Below are positions 41,972 through 58,315 of a DNA stretch of 64,000 nt, piece after piece. The position numbers and the translations under genes are program-made. Under the pieces are notes generated by a model. The model ran no database searches. It saw only the letters and a list, made by a program, of their open reading frames with translations, and had not been told where the DNA came from. The stretch comes from Octopus vulgaris (taxonomy: Eukaryota): contig OX597816.1 in the NCBI GenBank assembly GCA_951406725.2, positions 62,682,001 to 62,746,000 of the forward strand. The letters run 5' to 3'. How positions within the stretch are numbered: the stretch's first letter is position 1; each line of letters starts with the position of its first letter.

Positions 41972-42823
41972 ATGTAAAATTTCTCTCTTTGTATATATAT
42001 GTTTGTGTGTAAGTGTGTGTATGTAAGCATATATGTATGTATTCAAGATAACTTATTGAAAAGCCCGTAAAGGAAATTTTTCCTATTTTGATAAGACTGA
42101 ATTAATATTCTGATAGAAACACATTCTGGTTTATTAAACTTGTATGAATTCTTTCAAACCGATGTATTTACTTGAAGTGGGTCTTTGGTTTCCACGCTAC
42201 TCTGTTTTCTTTTAAGGTCTTTTGACTCTACACGTCTTCCCTCTTCCCTCTCCTCATTTTCCTTTTACATATATCAATCTTTCTCTCCTTCGTTTTATAG
42301 CTTTATCGTATGTCTCATTGACTGTCACACATTTTTTGTTTCTACAAATTATTATATATCACAGAATCCCCTTAATCTTGTCTGTCTTCGATTTCTTTTT
42401 TTCTTCTTTGACACCACGACTTTACTTTTTCCCCAAGAATACTCTACCAATTTTGGGGGAGTGAAATGGCATTATTTTTAAGGCTTCTCACGATCATAAT
42501 GTTGCTGGTTTGATTCCTGTAACGTGCGACGCAAGTGACTTGATTTTACGTTATTCTAGTTTACTCCGATTGAAATGAATCCTAGCTGGGTGCTGGGACT
42601 ATCATCTCTCCTTTCGTGTGGGCTATGAATAGAAGGATCGTAGTTACAATATGTACCAATATAATAATGGGTGAAAGCAAAGTAAATACTACAAGTCAGA
42701 CTCGGTTGCCAACGACTGCAATACAGTATCGAATTTGCCGTTTTCGTTCGTATGCTAGTAATGTGTTTAATGAGAATCAAGCAGCAATTTGTTATTTTAA
42801 TTTATTCTTCATATATATATATA

Positions 42824-45148
<2,325 letters not shown>

Positions 45149-45168
45149 ATATATATATATATATATAT

Positions 45169-45443
45169 AAAATGAAATGAAGAAAATGCTGACAAATAAT
45201 TGAAGTAATTTAAGTAATTTAATTAGGTGAAAGTTCTTTTTACCGGTTGCGCATTTGTTATGCTTATCAAAATATATATGTTATGCTTATATATATCATA
45301 TATTTTGATAAGCATAACAAATGCGCAACCGGTAAAAAGAACTTTCACCTAATTAAATTACTTAAATTACTTCAATTATTTGTCAGCATTTTCTTCATTT
45401 CCTTTTTTATATATCACCACTCGTGTTCGACATCTCCTTTTTT

Positions 45444-45448
<5 letters not shown>
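45169..45448. mobile_element. Fold-back element with degenerate HHR between (TA)n tracts
   Basis: About 103-bp arms 45175-45277 and 45299-45401; tt TTGATAA gcat aacaa atgc GCAAC cg GTA aaaa. Confidence 0.78.
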
Positions 45449-45522
<74 letters not shown>

Positions 45523-45539
45523 ATATATGTATATCCTTG

Positions 45540-46020
45540 TTATAATCATTGGACTGCAGCCTTGTTGGGACATAACCTTGAAGTGATTAGTGGCGTAAAT
45601 CGTCCCCATTACTGATTTGTAAGTCTCGTACTTATTCTATTGGTTGCTAAAGCCGAATCACCAAGTTACCAATATCAGCAGGCAAACGGCTGGGCAGCCA
45701 TACACATGAACATACACCTCTTACACACACATGCGCACACTCGCACGCACAGACGCACACACACATCCATATATGAGTACATATTTTATGCACATATATC
45801 TATATATATATATCTGTGTGTGTATCGATATATGTGTATGTGTGTGTGCGTGCGTGCGTATATGACGGGCTTCCATATAGATTCTGTCTAGCAAAATTCT
45901 CTCACAATGCATCGGTCGTCCCGGGGCTATATTAGAAGCCACTTGGCCATAGTATCGTCAAGTTGGTTTGAATGCAAAACAACATGGTCGCAAATCAAGT
46001 TTCTTAACAACAGAACCGTG
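45540..46020 (-). mobile_element. Degraded family B SINE
   Basis: atatgacgggcttcc..ctcacaa..ggggctatattagaag and gactgcagccttgttgg blocks. Confidence 0.6.
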
Positions 46021-46489
46021 ATCATCTTCAATCTAACGTATTGATTCTTTGCTGTATTCGCAGTACAGATGTTTAATTTCTTTTCTTGATTAGAAACATC
46101 TCATCGCTACAGCTTCAACTTTTGCTCCTCTAAATGCCTAAGAATTGTATGAGAATTGTATGAGAATGTTGAATTTCCAAATACAACAAAACATTTGGTT
46201 TATATTACACTAAGCAGGATGACTTTTTTAAATGTTGAAGAAACTAGCATTAATAATTCTCGCATTGGTATTAACTATATTAACGACGTGTATTGATCTT
46301 CGTGTTTAACGTCTTCTTAAGACTCTGTGTATCTTTATTGGGTTTCTGAAAAGGTTCATAGACACTACTCGCCATCTTCTGTCCAAACTAGAAATAAATT
46401 AAACTAGATTTATTCTAAACTCAGTTAAAATGAGAGCGACATTCACTTTATATCTTACATCATATGACAACTTCAAGTATCGATTTCAT

Positions 46490-46765
46490 CTCACTTGACG
46501 CCACATCAATTTCTTTTTGTAGCAGAGTTGAGATATAGTAGATTAATCATCATTGCAATCAAGATCCCGATCATTTTCACAGTCATAGTGGTGAACATGA
46601 TCGACAACAACGCACAACCAAAAGCTTCAACATCTTTAGATTCAGATGTTAGAACTCCCAATATTTGACACGATCTTAGAGCTAGTTCATACATGTGGAG
46701 AATCCTTGATTATAGAGATTATCTTCCTTTCTGAAGTAGAGCTATTCGTGATTGCCATTTGGTAA
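46490..46765 (-). mobile_element. Possible BEL/Pao gag remnant
   Basis: ELALRSCQILG..AFGCALLSIM resembles BEL/Pao gag helices; weak, recalled similarity only. Confidence 0.3.
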
Positions 46766-46971
46766 TTAAGACACCTCGTCTAGGGGAGGCGGGGATGTAT
46801 TTATAATAATCAAGAGTTTATGCTGTATAGCATTTGAGAAATCTTTATTTAGTCCAATACTGGTCACGGCGAGCTATCTATCTTTGCTTATTTATGTTTA
46901 GTATATTCAAGTTGTAATCTCACACCGGTTTCGTCATATGAATGTCCAGTTATTTACTGAAGTGGACAATA

Positions 46972-47570
46972 TACGAAAATTGGCTGTAAAGTTTCTTACG
47001 CTGACAAAGATACTCTCATGAGATGTGAACATATGAGACATTTTTCAACATAGTCCCCCTTGCGGCCCACACTTCTCCCATCGATCTCGCAGTGATTCGA
47101 TAAAATTGATGCAGAAGCTTTCATCCTGCTGGTCAACAACGTCATCAACAGCAGATATAACGTCATCATCACTGCGATATTGGTTCCCAGTCAAGTGTTC
47201 TTTCCCCCCTGTTGGGGAACAAATGATAGCCAAATCAGGAGAATAGATCAGGGGTGCAACCAGTTCAAATCCACACCCGCGCACAGCAGCCACTGAAAGC
47301 AAGGGTTTGTATGCTGGAGCATTGTCCTGATGAAGCAAGTCTAATTTCTTTGGTTTTCCTGAGTGTTTGGTCGCGATAACCTTTCGTAAGTGCTCTCAAT
47401 TGATGGTGAGGCTTGTTTAAAGATAGTCAATGGACACAATGCTTTCTACACCCCCCAAACCTGAGGTTATCACCTTCGTTGCTGAAGAAACGATTTTGGC
47501 CTTTTTGGAGCAGTTGAGGCTGGGTATTTTCACTTTATGGATTGTCACTTTGTCCCTGACTCAAAGTGAT
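46972..47570 (-). mobile_element. Decayed mariner transposase
   Basis: LHQDNAPAY, IYSPDLA, LRDRWEKC. Confidence 0.82.
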
Positions 47571-48253
47571 GAACTCAGCCCTCGTCCTGGGTTAGGACCC
47601 TCGTGCTATGCATTTAGCAGAATGGGACAGAAACGAGTGGGAGCTGCATTCTCGATACCGACGCTTTGGATTCACCGATGAGACACTCAGCCTTGTTTTG
47701 GGAACAATATGTTTTGACACACCAATAACTATTTACTCTTACACATACATAAAAAGTGAGGTCACAAGAGAGGGGAGGGATGGGAGGGAAAGAGAAGAAG
47801 AGGGAGAAATGGAGCAGGAGGATAAGGAAGAAGTGAGAGGAAGATGGGGAGAGAATTGAGAAAGAAAGATATAATCCAACGTATGATGTTAAACAAGTCG
47901 GCATCGAATCGGCGGCGCCAAACGAATATGCCAAAACGTCTCATACCAGGCAGTTAGATCGAAACTAGGACAAGCAAAGCTTTTTAACTATTCAGTCTTA
48001 TATTCATGTGATTCATTTAACGCTCTGGCAAAATGTGTACAAGAACGGGTTTTCCGTTCAAGAAAATAACTTCTAATCATTTACTGACATTCTAAATATC
48101 TCAAGTGTGATGCACGTTAGACTACATTATTTACTGAACAGCTATGGTGGTGGTGAAGTACAAGAGAGCAATAAAGCGTTGGGAATTATGTCGGTATCTA
48201 ACCTCCATCTCACACTGTTGACAGGGACGTGTATATCGAATGCATGAACATTT

Positions 48254-48360
<107 letters not shown>

Positions 48361-48485
48361 TATATATATACATATATATATATATATACACTCAGTGAGA
48401 AAAAGGTGGACAGACCGAGATAAAGGTAGATAGAGAGAGTGAAAATAAGGAGATAAGCAATATAATATATATATATATATATATA

Positions 48486-48758
48486 CTGTTGTGTCTGGGG
48501 AGAGTCATTTTCTTTTTGTGCCTTATAATATAACACACTCACCGGCAAAATCTCCACTTTTTTCTGATTTCTATTTTCCTAAAATTTTCGTTGCGTCTTG
48601 CAACCTTTTCAATAGTTTTGACTCTAAAATTATTGAAAAGGTTGCAAGACGCAACGAAAATTTTAGGAAAATAAAAATAAGAAAAATTGGTAATTTCACT
48701 GGTGAGTATGTTACATTATAAGGCACAAAAAGAAAATGACTCTCCCCAGACACAACAG
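48486..48758. mobile_element. Fold-back element adjacent to (TA)n, possible degenerate HHR
   Basis: About 133-bp arms around an axis near 48621; TTGAAAA g gttgc aagac gcaac GAAA atttt agg next to the axis. Confidence 0.75.
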
Positions 48759-49411
48759 AATATGCTTCAACACACGAGCTCATATAAAGAATCTTGCTAG
48801 ATCGGGAAATTTCAGACCAATGAGCAAAGGCGTTCACATTTTTTTCACATATATTCCAAATGAACATTGACCAACTTGTCCTTGTGATTATACATAGTAT
48901 GGTGTGATTTGAGGAGAGATTTTGTTGTTATTCCTAGCAAACCGAGTAAATTCGATTAGGTTCCATCACTGACTCGTGCTTTCTTTACTTGAGGTATTAA
49001 CAAATAGAAATACTGGCCGGATATTGTCTACACCAGGCATCGGCAATATTTTCCGAGAAATGGGCCGCTTGATACATGGCACGTCATCAGGTAGGCCGCA
49101 CTACAAAAAATCTAAAGGCAATTTTTCGTTAGGCGTGCCATTGAGAAAATCTTGTGGGCCGCAGGTGTGCCTATGAGTGGTCTAAACAAATTTGCTTATA
49201 TTCAATTAGTTAGTGGTTTCCAATTTTGGCGAAAGGCCAGCAATTTAGGGGAGGGGTGATTCTATTATATCGACCTCTATGCTCAACTGGTACTTATTTT
49301 ATTGACGAAGGGCAAAGTTTACCACGGTGGGATTTGAACACCGCTAAAGAATTTGTCCCCGAGCTAACGATTGTGTCAGCTCTCTGCCTTATATATTCAG
49401 TTAGGTATTTA

Positions 49412-49793
49412 TCTCTCTATATATAAACGGCAGTTTGTCTGTGTGTGCGTCTGTGTGTCTGTTAGGTTGTACCCTCACCCTGACCACGGCTTTCAACCGA
49501 TTCTGATGAAACTTGATACACACATAGCCCAATGTCATAATTCAAAACTAACGCAGCGAAAATTTTGAAAAGTTCCCCCAGTTCTGAAAAAAAATTGATA
49601 ATTTCGACACGGGGTCGAGAATCAGAAACACAAACCACAGACTGTCTAGGGGACGAACTCGACCTTTTTAACTAAAAAAAAAATTACCATCATTTTTTTC
49701 CCATTTTTTTGCTATTTTTTGGCTATAACTCTCTAAAAATGCTTTATAGTTATTTCCCTTACAAACCCGAGCAACGCCGGGCGATACTGCTAG
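49412..49793 (+). mobile_element. Non-autonomous Helitron
   Basis: A^TC start, hairpin cccgagcaacgccggg, CTAG^T end; same 3' hairpin as at 32018. Confidence 0.88.
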
Positions 49794-49871
49794 TTTTCTA
49801 ATATACGCAGGAAATTAAAGATTTAGATACGACGGCTATATACTATTGTCGATTATTTCGACTGTGCTATA

Positions 49872-51165
49872 CGCGAGGGTGCCCAAAGTAACCGGAAATG
49901 TTCTCTGTGGGGCAAGACAGTTGTAATTCTGTTGTAATTCAGATTTCCGCCGCTAGAAACCACTTGATGCGACCCTCAGACATTAGTATGCCGACAGGCA
50001 TCGTCGTGTGAGGTCGTACTGTCACGTGGTGCGTCAGTGTTTTGCAGTGCTTCTCTCCTGTTCTTCGATTTTTGCGATGGCTGGAACGAAGGGACAGCGT
50101 GCTTCCGCAAAATTCTGTTACCTGCGGCGGAAAAGGATATGCGGGGTGAAGTGTGTGTGTGTGGGGGGGTAGGCGAAACAGTTATCATGCTTCAAACAGT
50201 TTAGAAGGAAGCTGCCGTGGGCAAAACATAAATTTACGAGTGGTTTTCACGCTTTGGAAATGTTGCTTGAAAACCTACCTCGTTCAAGGTGACCATCGAC
50301 CTCTGCTATTGCCGAACAATTAGCGAACTTGTTGACATGACCGGTGTGTTATGGAGCTCCTGCCAACGGATTTTGAGTGAAGAATTGCGAATGAAAAGAG
50401 TTACAGCAAAATTTGTGCCACGCTTGCTCACGGAAAATCAAAAGCAGTCACCACTGAATGCGTGTCGTGAACTGAAAGGACAGCTGAAAGTTGAACCGGA
50501 CCTATTTTTCGAACACTGATGATGAAAGATGGTGCTACAGCTACGACCCGGAAACGCAGGTCTATGAAAGCATTCAATGTCAACGCGTCCCAGAAAAGCG
50601 CGTCAAATAAAGTCCAATATCAAGAAAATACTGGTTTATTTCATCGATGCAAAAGGATTTGTCCACACAGAATATGTTCCATCTGGTGAAACTGTTAATC
50701 ATACATTTTACTTGCAAGTTCTGAAACGTTTACGAGACATGGTGAAACGAAAACGCCCCGAACTGTGGGAAAGTGGAGAGTGGCGGTTTCAACACGACAA
50801 TGCACCTGCGCACATCGCCTTGAGTGTGAGACAGTTTTCGACCAAACATGCATGATGCCGCTTACCCACCCTCCGTATGCACCCGATCTTGCTCTCTGGG
50901 GCTTTTTTTCGGTCCCTCGAATGAAAAAAGTCTTTGAATGAAACAGTTTTGTAGATGGTGAAGAGGGGAAAGAAAAAACGACAGAGGCGTTAGAAGGCAT
51001 CACTTCACATGAGTTCCAGGATTGCTTGAAACAGTGGAAAACTTGTTTTGACCGATGCACTGCTTCAAATGGAGAATACTTTGAAGGTGATAAAAGTGTA
51101 AACGTGTAAAAGTAAGTGAATAAGATAATATTGCATAATTCCGGTTTCTTTTGGGTATCCTCTCG
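49872..51165 (+). mobile_element. Near full-length decayed mariner with TIRs and TA TSD
   Basis: TIRs cgcgagggtgcccaaagtaaccggaa and ttccggtttcttttgggtatcctctcg; AKFVPRLLT, QHDNAPAH, HPPYAPDLA. Confidence 0.92.
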
Positions 51166-51311
51166 TATGAGTGATCTTATATTTTATCCACCTTGCAAAG
51201 ATTGAAAATAACAAGGTGGTCTTTCGTTGCATTTGAACTAATAATCTAAACATTTGTGCCACAATAGCCAATTGGTCTGCGACTTCATTTAAACATATAC
51301 AAATCAGAGAT

Positions 51312-51700
51312 TGTGGAGGCGCAATGGCCCACTGGTTAGGGCAGCGGACTCGCGGTCGGAGGATCGCGGTTTCGATTCCCAGACCGGGCGTTGTGTGTGT
51401 TTATTGAGCGAAAACACCTAAAGCTCCACGAGGCTCCGGGAGGGGGTGGGGGATGGCGACCACAGTTGTACTCTTTCGCCCCAACTCTCTCTCACTCGGC
51501 AAGCTGACAGGATCGTTAGCACACAGGGCAAAATGCGTGGTGGAATTTCGTTCGTACTTCCATTCGTAGTTCAAATTCCTCCGAGGTCAACTTTGCTTTC
51601 ATCATTTCGGGGTCGATAAAATAAGTACCAGTTAAACACTGGGAACGATGCAATCAACTAAACCCTTCCGAAACTGCTGGCCTCGTGTCAAAAATCAATA
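51312..51700 (+). mobile_element. Family C SINE 5' part fused to a family A SINE
   Basis: Family C head at 51312-51496, then ggcaagctgacag..ggggtcgataaaataagtacca. Confidence 0.8.
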
Positions 51701-52350
51701 TTTGAGTCGATCCGAGGGTATGGTAAATAATACATTTCCAAGGATAGAGCCTAGATACCTGAGAATACAAAGTGAACTCCTTTACACGGCCATGTCAGTT
51801 ACACAACTGCTGTCTGTATGAATATCGCTGACATTCTAAGTGTTATTGGAATAGCAAAACTCTTAATAAACATTTTTCAATTACGTCGCATGACACCAAA
51901 TTACACGGAAGCTGCAAATTAAATAAACTTCTGAATCTCAGACAAAATATATAGCTAAAACTACTGAAGAAATTCTCATTAATTTCGAAAATCTGTTTTT
52001 TCTTTTGTTCATTTTCTTAAAACAGAAGCACCCCAGGTAATTAGAAAATAAAGAAACAACCAAAACCAAAAGCAGAGAGTTCTAAGGATATAAAGTTAAC
52101 AGGCGCACAGGTTGAAACATTCCCGACACAACGGCCTATGAGGATACATTACTATACGAACATATTACAAACATGCATTTATATAAAATTACAAACACGC
52201 ATTTATAAATTTCAGTGGCCATTTATTATGTATTTTCTTTCTTTTAATATCTAGTATATCAGGTAATCAATTAATCCTTGAAATTTAATTACAGCTTTAG
52301 AAAGAAATTGATATGGGACATTTTATTATTAAGATGATTCAACAAACAAA

Positions 52351-52387
<37 letters not shown>

Positions 52388-52742
52388 ACACACGCACACA
52401 CACACACACGCACACACAAACACACTTATATATATATAACATATATAAAAAAATACAAAAATGGGACAAGAACGCAAAACATTCAGACAGTTAGGTGAAA
52501 CAAATAAAGGAAAACAAAATATCCAGACAGACGATACAAAGAAAACAAGTACTGATCATTCGGAGTTTTCTTTCTTCAGTCGAGTTTCAGATTATCTTTG
52601 CAATTTCGGCTGGTTATACTAGAGATTGCTCCAATCTGGCCAGCCCCAAGGAAAAATAAGCTAAGTGAATCACATTCCTTGGAAGAAAGCAGCGAATGTA
52701 TACGAAACAAGGACGGAAAAACCTCCCAGAAATGTTACACAA

Positions 52743-52780
<38 letters not shown>

Positions 52781-52868
52781 GTGTGTGTATATATATATAT
52801 GTGTATATATATATGTAAACTTACTTGGAAATGGATGCGTGGCGTTCAATTAACTAATAATTTAAATA

Positions 52869-52923
<55 letters not shown>

Positions 52924-52939
52924 AATATATATATATGTA

Positions 52940-53227
52940 AATTCATATATGAAAACAACATGAAATCCGAAAAACAAATGAGTTAAATACGCAAACAACG
53001 AGAGAAAAATGGAAAATAGGACAATACAAAGAATACAAACAAACGACCTTTCATCAGTTGTCGGGTGTCTAATTACTTCCAATTTCGAGTAAGACATCCG
53101 ACAACTGATGAAAGGTCATTTGTTTGTATTCTTTGTATTACTTTCCTGTTTTCCCTTTTTGTCCCGTTGATTGCGTATTTAACCCATTTGTTTTCGTATT
53201 CCATGATGTTTACCGTTGATGAATTCC
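52940..53227. mobile_element. Fold-back element between (TA)n tracts
   Basis: Close-matching inner arms 53022-53070 and 53092-53139, degenerate extension to both ends. Confidence 0.75.
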
Positions 53228-53239
53228 TGTAGCCATACA

Positions 53240-53338
<99 letters not shown>

Positions 53339-53400
53339 TTAGGGGGAGATAGATAGATAGATTGATAGGTAGGAAGGTAGGTAGATAGATAGATAGATAA

Positions 53401-53483
<83 letters not shown>

Positions 53484-53730
53484 TAATATGATTTACCATC
53501 TATAGATATCTGAAACGTTGAAGAGTGAGGGCAAGTCACCGAAGAGGTCGTTATTCGCGAAGAAGTGTCCTTTAAATAACAAGCAACCGACTGCTTCTTT
53601 AACCAACACATGAAGCAAACGATCGAGTAGTTAGTTGGTTAGATATTCATCCAACTGACTAAGAATAAAGCACTGATATTGAATCAGTACGCGTGTCATT
53701 ATCATTGGCGTAATGACCCTCCCACGACAC

Positions 53731-53824
<94 letters not shown>

Positions 53825-54082
53825 CGTGTGTGTGTGTGTATATGTGTATGTGGGTTTGTGTGTATGCGTGTGTAAGTGTGTGTGTACGTGTGAATGGTGG
53901 AACGAAAGAAAAACTTCTGAACACATTTACTAGGAGTTTCGTATATTGCTATTTAAAGCAGTTCGATTCGGTTCTCTGCGACTTAAAGTTTCGCAGGATT
54001 CTAACACAAACCAAACCTGATCATGTTCAGATTAAATAATCTGAGCCGAGACGAAAGAGATCTCTGTTAGAAGCCTGCGAGA

Positions 54083-54164
<82 letters not shown>

Positions 54165-54169
54165 AGACT

Positions 54170-54460
54170 AGAGAAACGGTGAACGAGTGAGGTATGGAGG
54201 AAAAGAGCGAAGGAGCGAATGCAAGAGTGAATGAATGAGTAACTGAATAAGTGAGAGAATGAGTGATTGATTGAGTGATAGAATGAGTAACTGAATAAGA
54301 GAGAGAGAGGGGGGGAGAGATAGGAGACAAACTAGATAAAGGATGAATGGTTGAGGGATGGAGGGAGAGAGTGAAGGAGCGAATGCATGATTGAATGAAT
54401 GAGTAACTGAATAAGTGAGAGAATGAGTGGGTGAGTGATTGATTGAGTGATAGAATGATC
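54170..54460. repeat. GA/GAAT-rich imperfect duplication of about 165 bp next to (GA)n
   Basis: gaaggagcgaatgca..gagtaactgaataagtgagagaatgagtg occurs twice. Confidence 0.7.
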
Positions 54461-54929
54461 GACAGAAGGAGATAGAGGGAGAATAGGTAATTATTTATAC
54501 AAGCACATACATAATATATAATTTGTACGTGAGTGTGTCTCTGTACACATGTACTAATGAAACTTTTTGATTGATCACACACCGCAGGTAGCTAGTTATA
54601 GAGATAGCTATTTTAGATTAGTTCTGTATAATTGTATGTAATATTGTGTTCAGAGACAATATTTATAACGGACCAAGAGATATTTTAATTATTCCTCTCA
54701 GCAGGACTTGCACGGAAGCAACTGTGCATAATTTTCTTCTCGTACCGTTCGTTCTAAGCAAGATATTCTGTAACTGAATAATACCAAATAGCAAAAATAT
54801 AGAGTTTGAGGTACTTCCATGACTGTCAGATTAACTGCAAATTTTCGAAGAGAGTTAATTATAAACGTGTCTGTACCAATTGTTTTATATACGTTTATGC
54901 GTGCAAGTACGTGGGTGTCTATGTATGAA

Positions 54930-54975
<46 letters not shown>

Positions 54976-55950
54976 CACGCATGTGTTTGAATATATATAT
55001 ATATATATTTATTTATCTATGTTTCTGCAGGTATATATATATATATGCATATATATGTATATATATATATATATATACATATATGCATATATGTATATAT
55101 ATATATATCCATACATATATATAGATATACTTATATATATATATATATGTATATATATATACGCATACTTATATGTATATGTATATATACATATACCTAT
55201 GTATATTTATATGTTTATATATATTTAAATGTATATATGTATACACACACACATATATATATGTATGTATATATGTATATAAACACACACATACATAGAG
55301 ACACACACATATACTTACACGTATAATGATACGTCAATCAAACTAAATTGCATCGAAGATGTAAAACAATTGCTTCGACTCACTAATTGCTTTTTCCTCT
55401 CAGCTGTGCAGGCATTCAAGGGACGAATCACAACATTTCTGGGGTAGAGTTGACCCTGGCTGTTTGATTTATTTCTTCACAGAACCAATAACCGCCTTCA
55501 TTCGACTCTTAAATATCTTTGCTGTTTGTTCACTCTCTTTGCAAGCATTAAGGTCAGGCCTTTGTTTTTTTGTTGTTGTTTTTTTTTTTTGGTTTTTTGG
55601 TTTTCTTTTCCAGAATATTGTCTTTTCTTCACCATCCAGTCTTGTGAACCCACAGAATGTTTTGTGGGCGCTGTCCCTTTCCTCCGCTGGCATGTCTATG
55701 CAGAAAATCATGCGTGGAATGAGATTTCATTCTGAAATCTCGCATGCTCGTTGTTTTCTTTTATTATTATATTAATTAATTTTATTTCTATGTTTTGGTT
55801 TATGTTTTTCACTGCTTGATTTGCCTAATAGTGGTTTTTATCTCTAATTTAATATATATATGTATACTGTAAAATTAGATTTAATCCTAAATCTAATTTT
55901 TCCCTGTATGTTTGGATTTACTCCCTAATATTGTTATATATATATATATA

Positions 55951-56232
55951 TTTATCAATAATAAAGGGTGAAATTAATTAATTTAGAAATAATCATTAAT
56001 TTCACCAAGTAGAGTTCGGCATGTAAAAGCCCCATTCAAGGTTAAGTAATACTAAGTAATTAAGGGTGTAGCAACGATTTGCCTCACCTCACACCGAATT
56101 TAGAAATAGCAGTCAAAAAGTTTTGGTTATTCATTCTACTTAAAAGTAGAATGAATAGCCAAAACTTTTTGACTGCTATTTCTAAATTCGGTGTGTGGTG
56201 AGGCAAATCGTTGCTAAACCCTTATTTACTTA

Positions 56233-56235
<3 letters not shown>
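55951..56235. mobile_element. Fold-back element homologous to the 545-bp unit, between (TA)n tracts
   Basis: Arms about 56050-56140 and 56143-56235; shares agggtRaaattaattaat, aatttcaccaagt and ttagaaatagcag with 3074-3240. Confidence 0.82.
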
Positions 56236-56290
<55 letters not shown>

Positions 56291-56293
<3 letters not shown>

Positions 56294-56458
56294 CGACGAG
56301 TTTCTTTCAGTTTCCGTCTACCAAATCCACTCACAAGGTTTAGGTCGGCTCGAGACTATAGTAGAAGACACTTGTCCAAGGTGCCACGCAATGGGACTGA
56401 ACTCGGAACCATGTGGTTAATAAGCAAGCTACTTACCACACAGCCACTCCTGCGCCTA
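56291..56458 (-). mobile_element. Family B SINE, 5' half
   Basis: Reverse complement of the family B head. Confidence 0.88.
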
Positions 56459-57739
56459 CAGATGATAAGAAGTAAAAATCCTCCTGAATATATTATACAA
56501 TAAACCATAACCGACTACAGCACTGTACTTAATGATAAACAATTTCAAGAATATTCCCAAACAAATCTATCAAATTTTAAACGTTATTAAATAGGTATTT
56601 GAAAAATTGATTTCTATTGACACAGTTCTAATACAATTGGAGTGGAATTGTGTCAATGACCAAGTAACTGTAGTGTAACGAAAATGTTGACACATTGAGA
56701 ATTAATTTAATTTAAAAGTGAATGTGATAAATTTTGCCTGGTTTTAGTTTGTTAAAATTGCTATTTCGAGATATAATTGCTTCGGTTTCAACATGAGTTC
56801 TGCTATGAAATCAATTGCCAGACACTAAATGGAAAAATCGAAATTTCTAAAACTTCACTCAGGCAACAAAACTTTCGAAGTGGGCCGTTAAGTGTTGCCT
56901 GAAAAGATATAAAAAAAAAAAAAATTTAAATGTAATATATTCTCTGTATTAAACACTGCACCTCACATAAAATATATACAAAGATTCATATGATAGCCGA
57001 GAAACTAGACATCAAGAAAGGACAGGTTTCTATGGCAACGGTTTTTATTGAAATATTTATAAAAGGGTCACAGGAGATTATTGATTCGCTGAAATGGGTC
57101 GTGATGGTGAAATTTGGAAAGTGCCGATGACTTACGATGATAAAATAACTAAAAAGGAAAACAAACAAAAACCTCATAACTAGCTTGTGCTAAACTTTAT
57201 TCAATCGTCTGTATAGCTTTTTAACGTAAAGTGAAGATTGATCACTTTACATTAAACTTCAGTCTTCTCATTTAATGCATTCCATTAATTACAATCTAGT
57301 AAATTGCTTTGTTGCTTGGCTATAGTTTTCAAACCAGAGTTATTGTCATCAAATGATTTTGTTTGGCGAGGAAAGAGACTGTTAATGAATTGACTCCTTC
57401 TAACCTGCACAGGAAGATTATATTTTTCAAACTGCTCAGATTAGCATTATCACCTGAGCCACACTAATTACGAAACGTTCAAACGTTCAATGAGAAATGA
57501 TCCATTTCTGTGACATCAATTTTAAATGCAATTACTGAAGCAGAATAGGAAATTCTTTAATTATTTTGTTTGATCTAGTCATTTTTGCTAAGATCATGCT
57601 GGAGCAACAGATACTTCTTGGTTTTATAGATTCACAGATAAATAAATCAGAGAAAGGGTTGTGTTTTACAAACTAAATATGTTTCAATACATTTCACTCT
57701 ATGTATGGTAGGATGACAAGATGAATTGAATGGAAAATA

Positions 57740-57901
57740 GGCGTAGGAGTGGCTGAGTGGAAAGTAGCTTTTTTACGAACTACATGGCTTCAGATTCAGT
57801 CCCACTGCGTGGTACCTTGGGCAAGTGTCTTCTACTATAGCCTTGGGCCGACCAAAGCCTTGTGAGTGGATTTGGTAGACGGAAACTGAAAGAAGCTCGT
57901 C

Positions 57902-57964
<63 letters not shown>

Positions 57965-58208
57965 AATGTGTGTGTGTATATGTGTGTATGTGTGTGTGTG
58001 TATATTTGTGTGTCTGTGTTTGTCCCCCCAACATTACATGACAACCGCTGGTAGTGTGTTTACATTCCCTTAACGTAGCGGTTCGGCAAAAGAGACCGAT
58101 AGAATAAGTACTACGCTTACAAAGAATAAGTCCTGGGGTTGATTTGCTCGACTAAAGGGTGGTGCTCCAGCATGGCCGCAATCAAATGACTGAAACAAGT
58201 AAAGAGAG
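57740..58208 (+). mobile_element. Family B SINE, full length
   Basis: Colinear with 35568-35965; expanded internal (TA)n(TG)n. Confidence 0.9.
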
Positions 58209-58315
58209 CATCGGAGAATAATTATTTGTCGTATTTAATGCGTCATTTGCATTCTAATACCGGTTTAAGATAACTTTGTTGCCAGTCAGTTACGAATGCC
58301 GTTATAATCGATTTA

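Noticed and set aside
49503-49512. CTGATGAAAC as a hammerhead
   Set aside because: No stem II between the core words; lies within a Helitron body.
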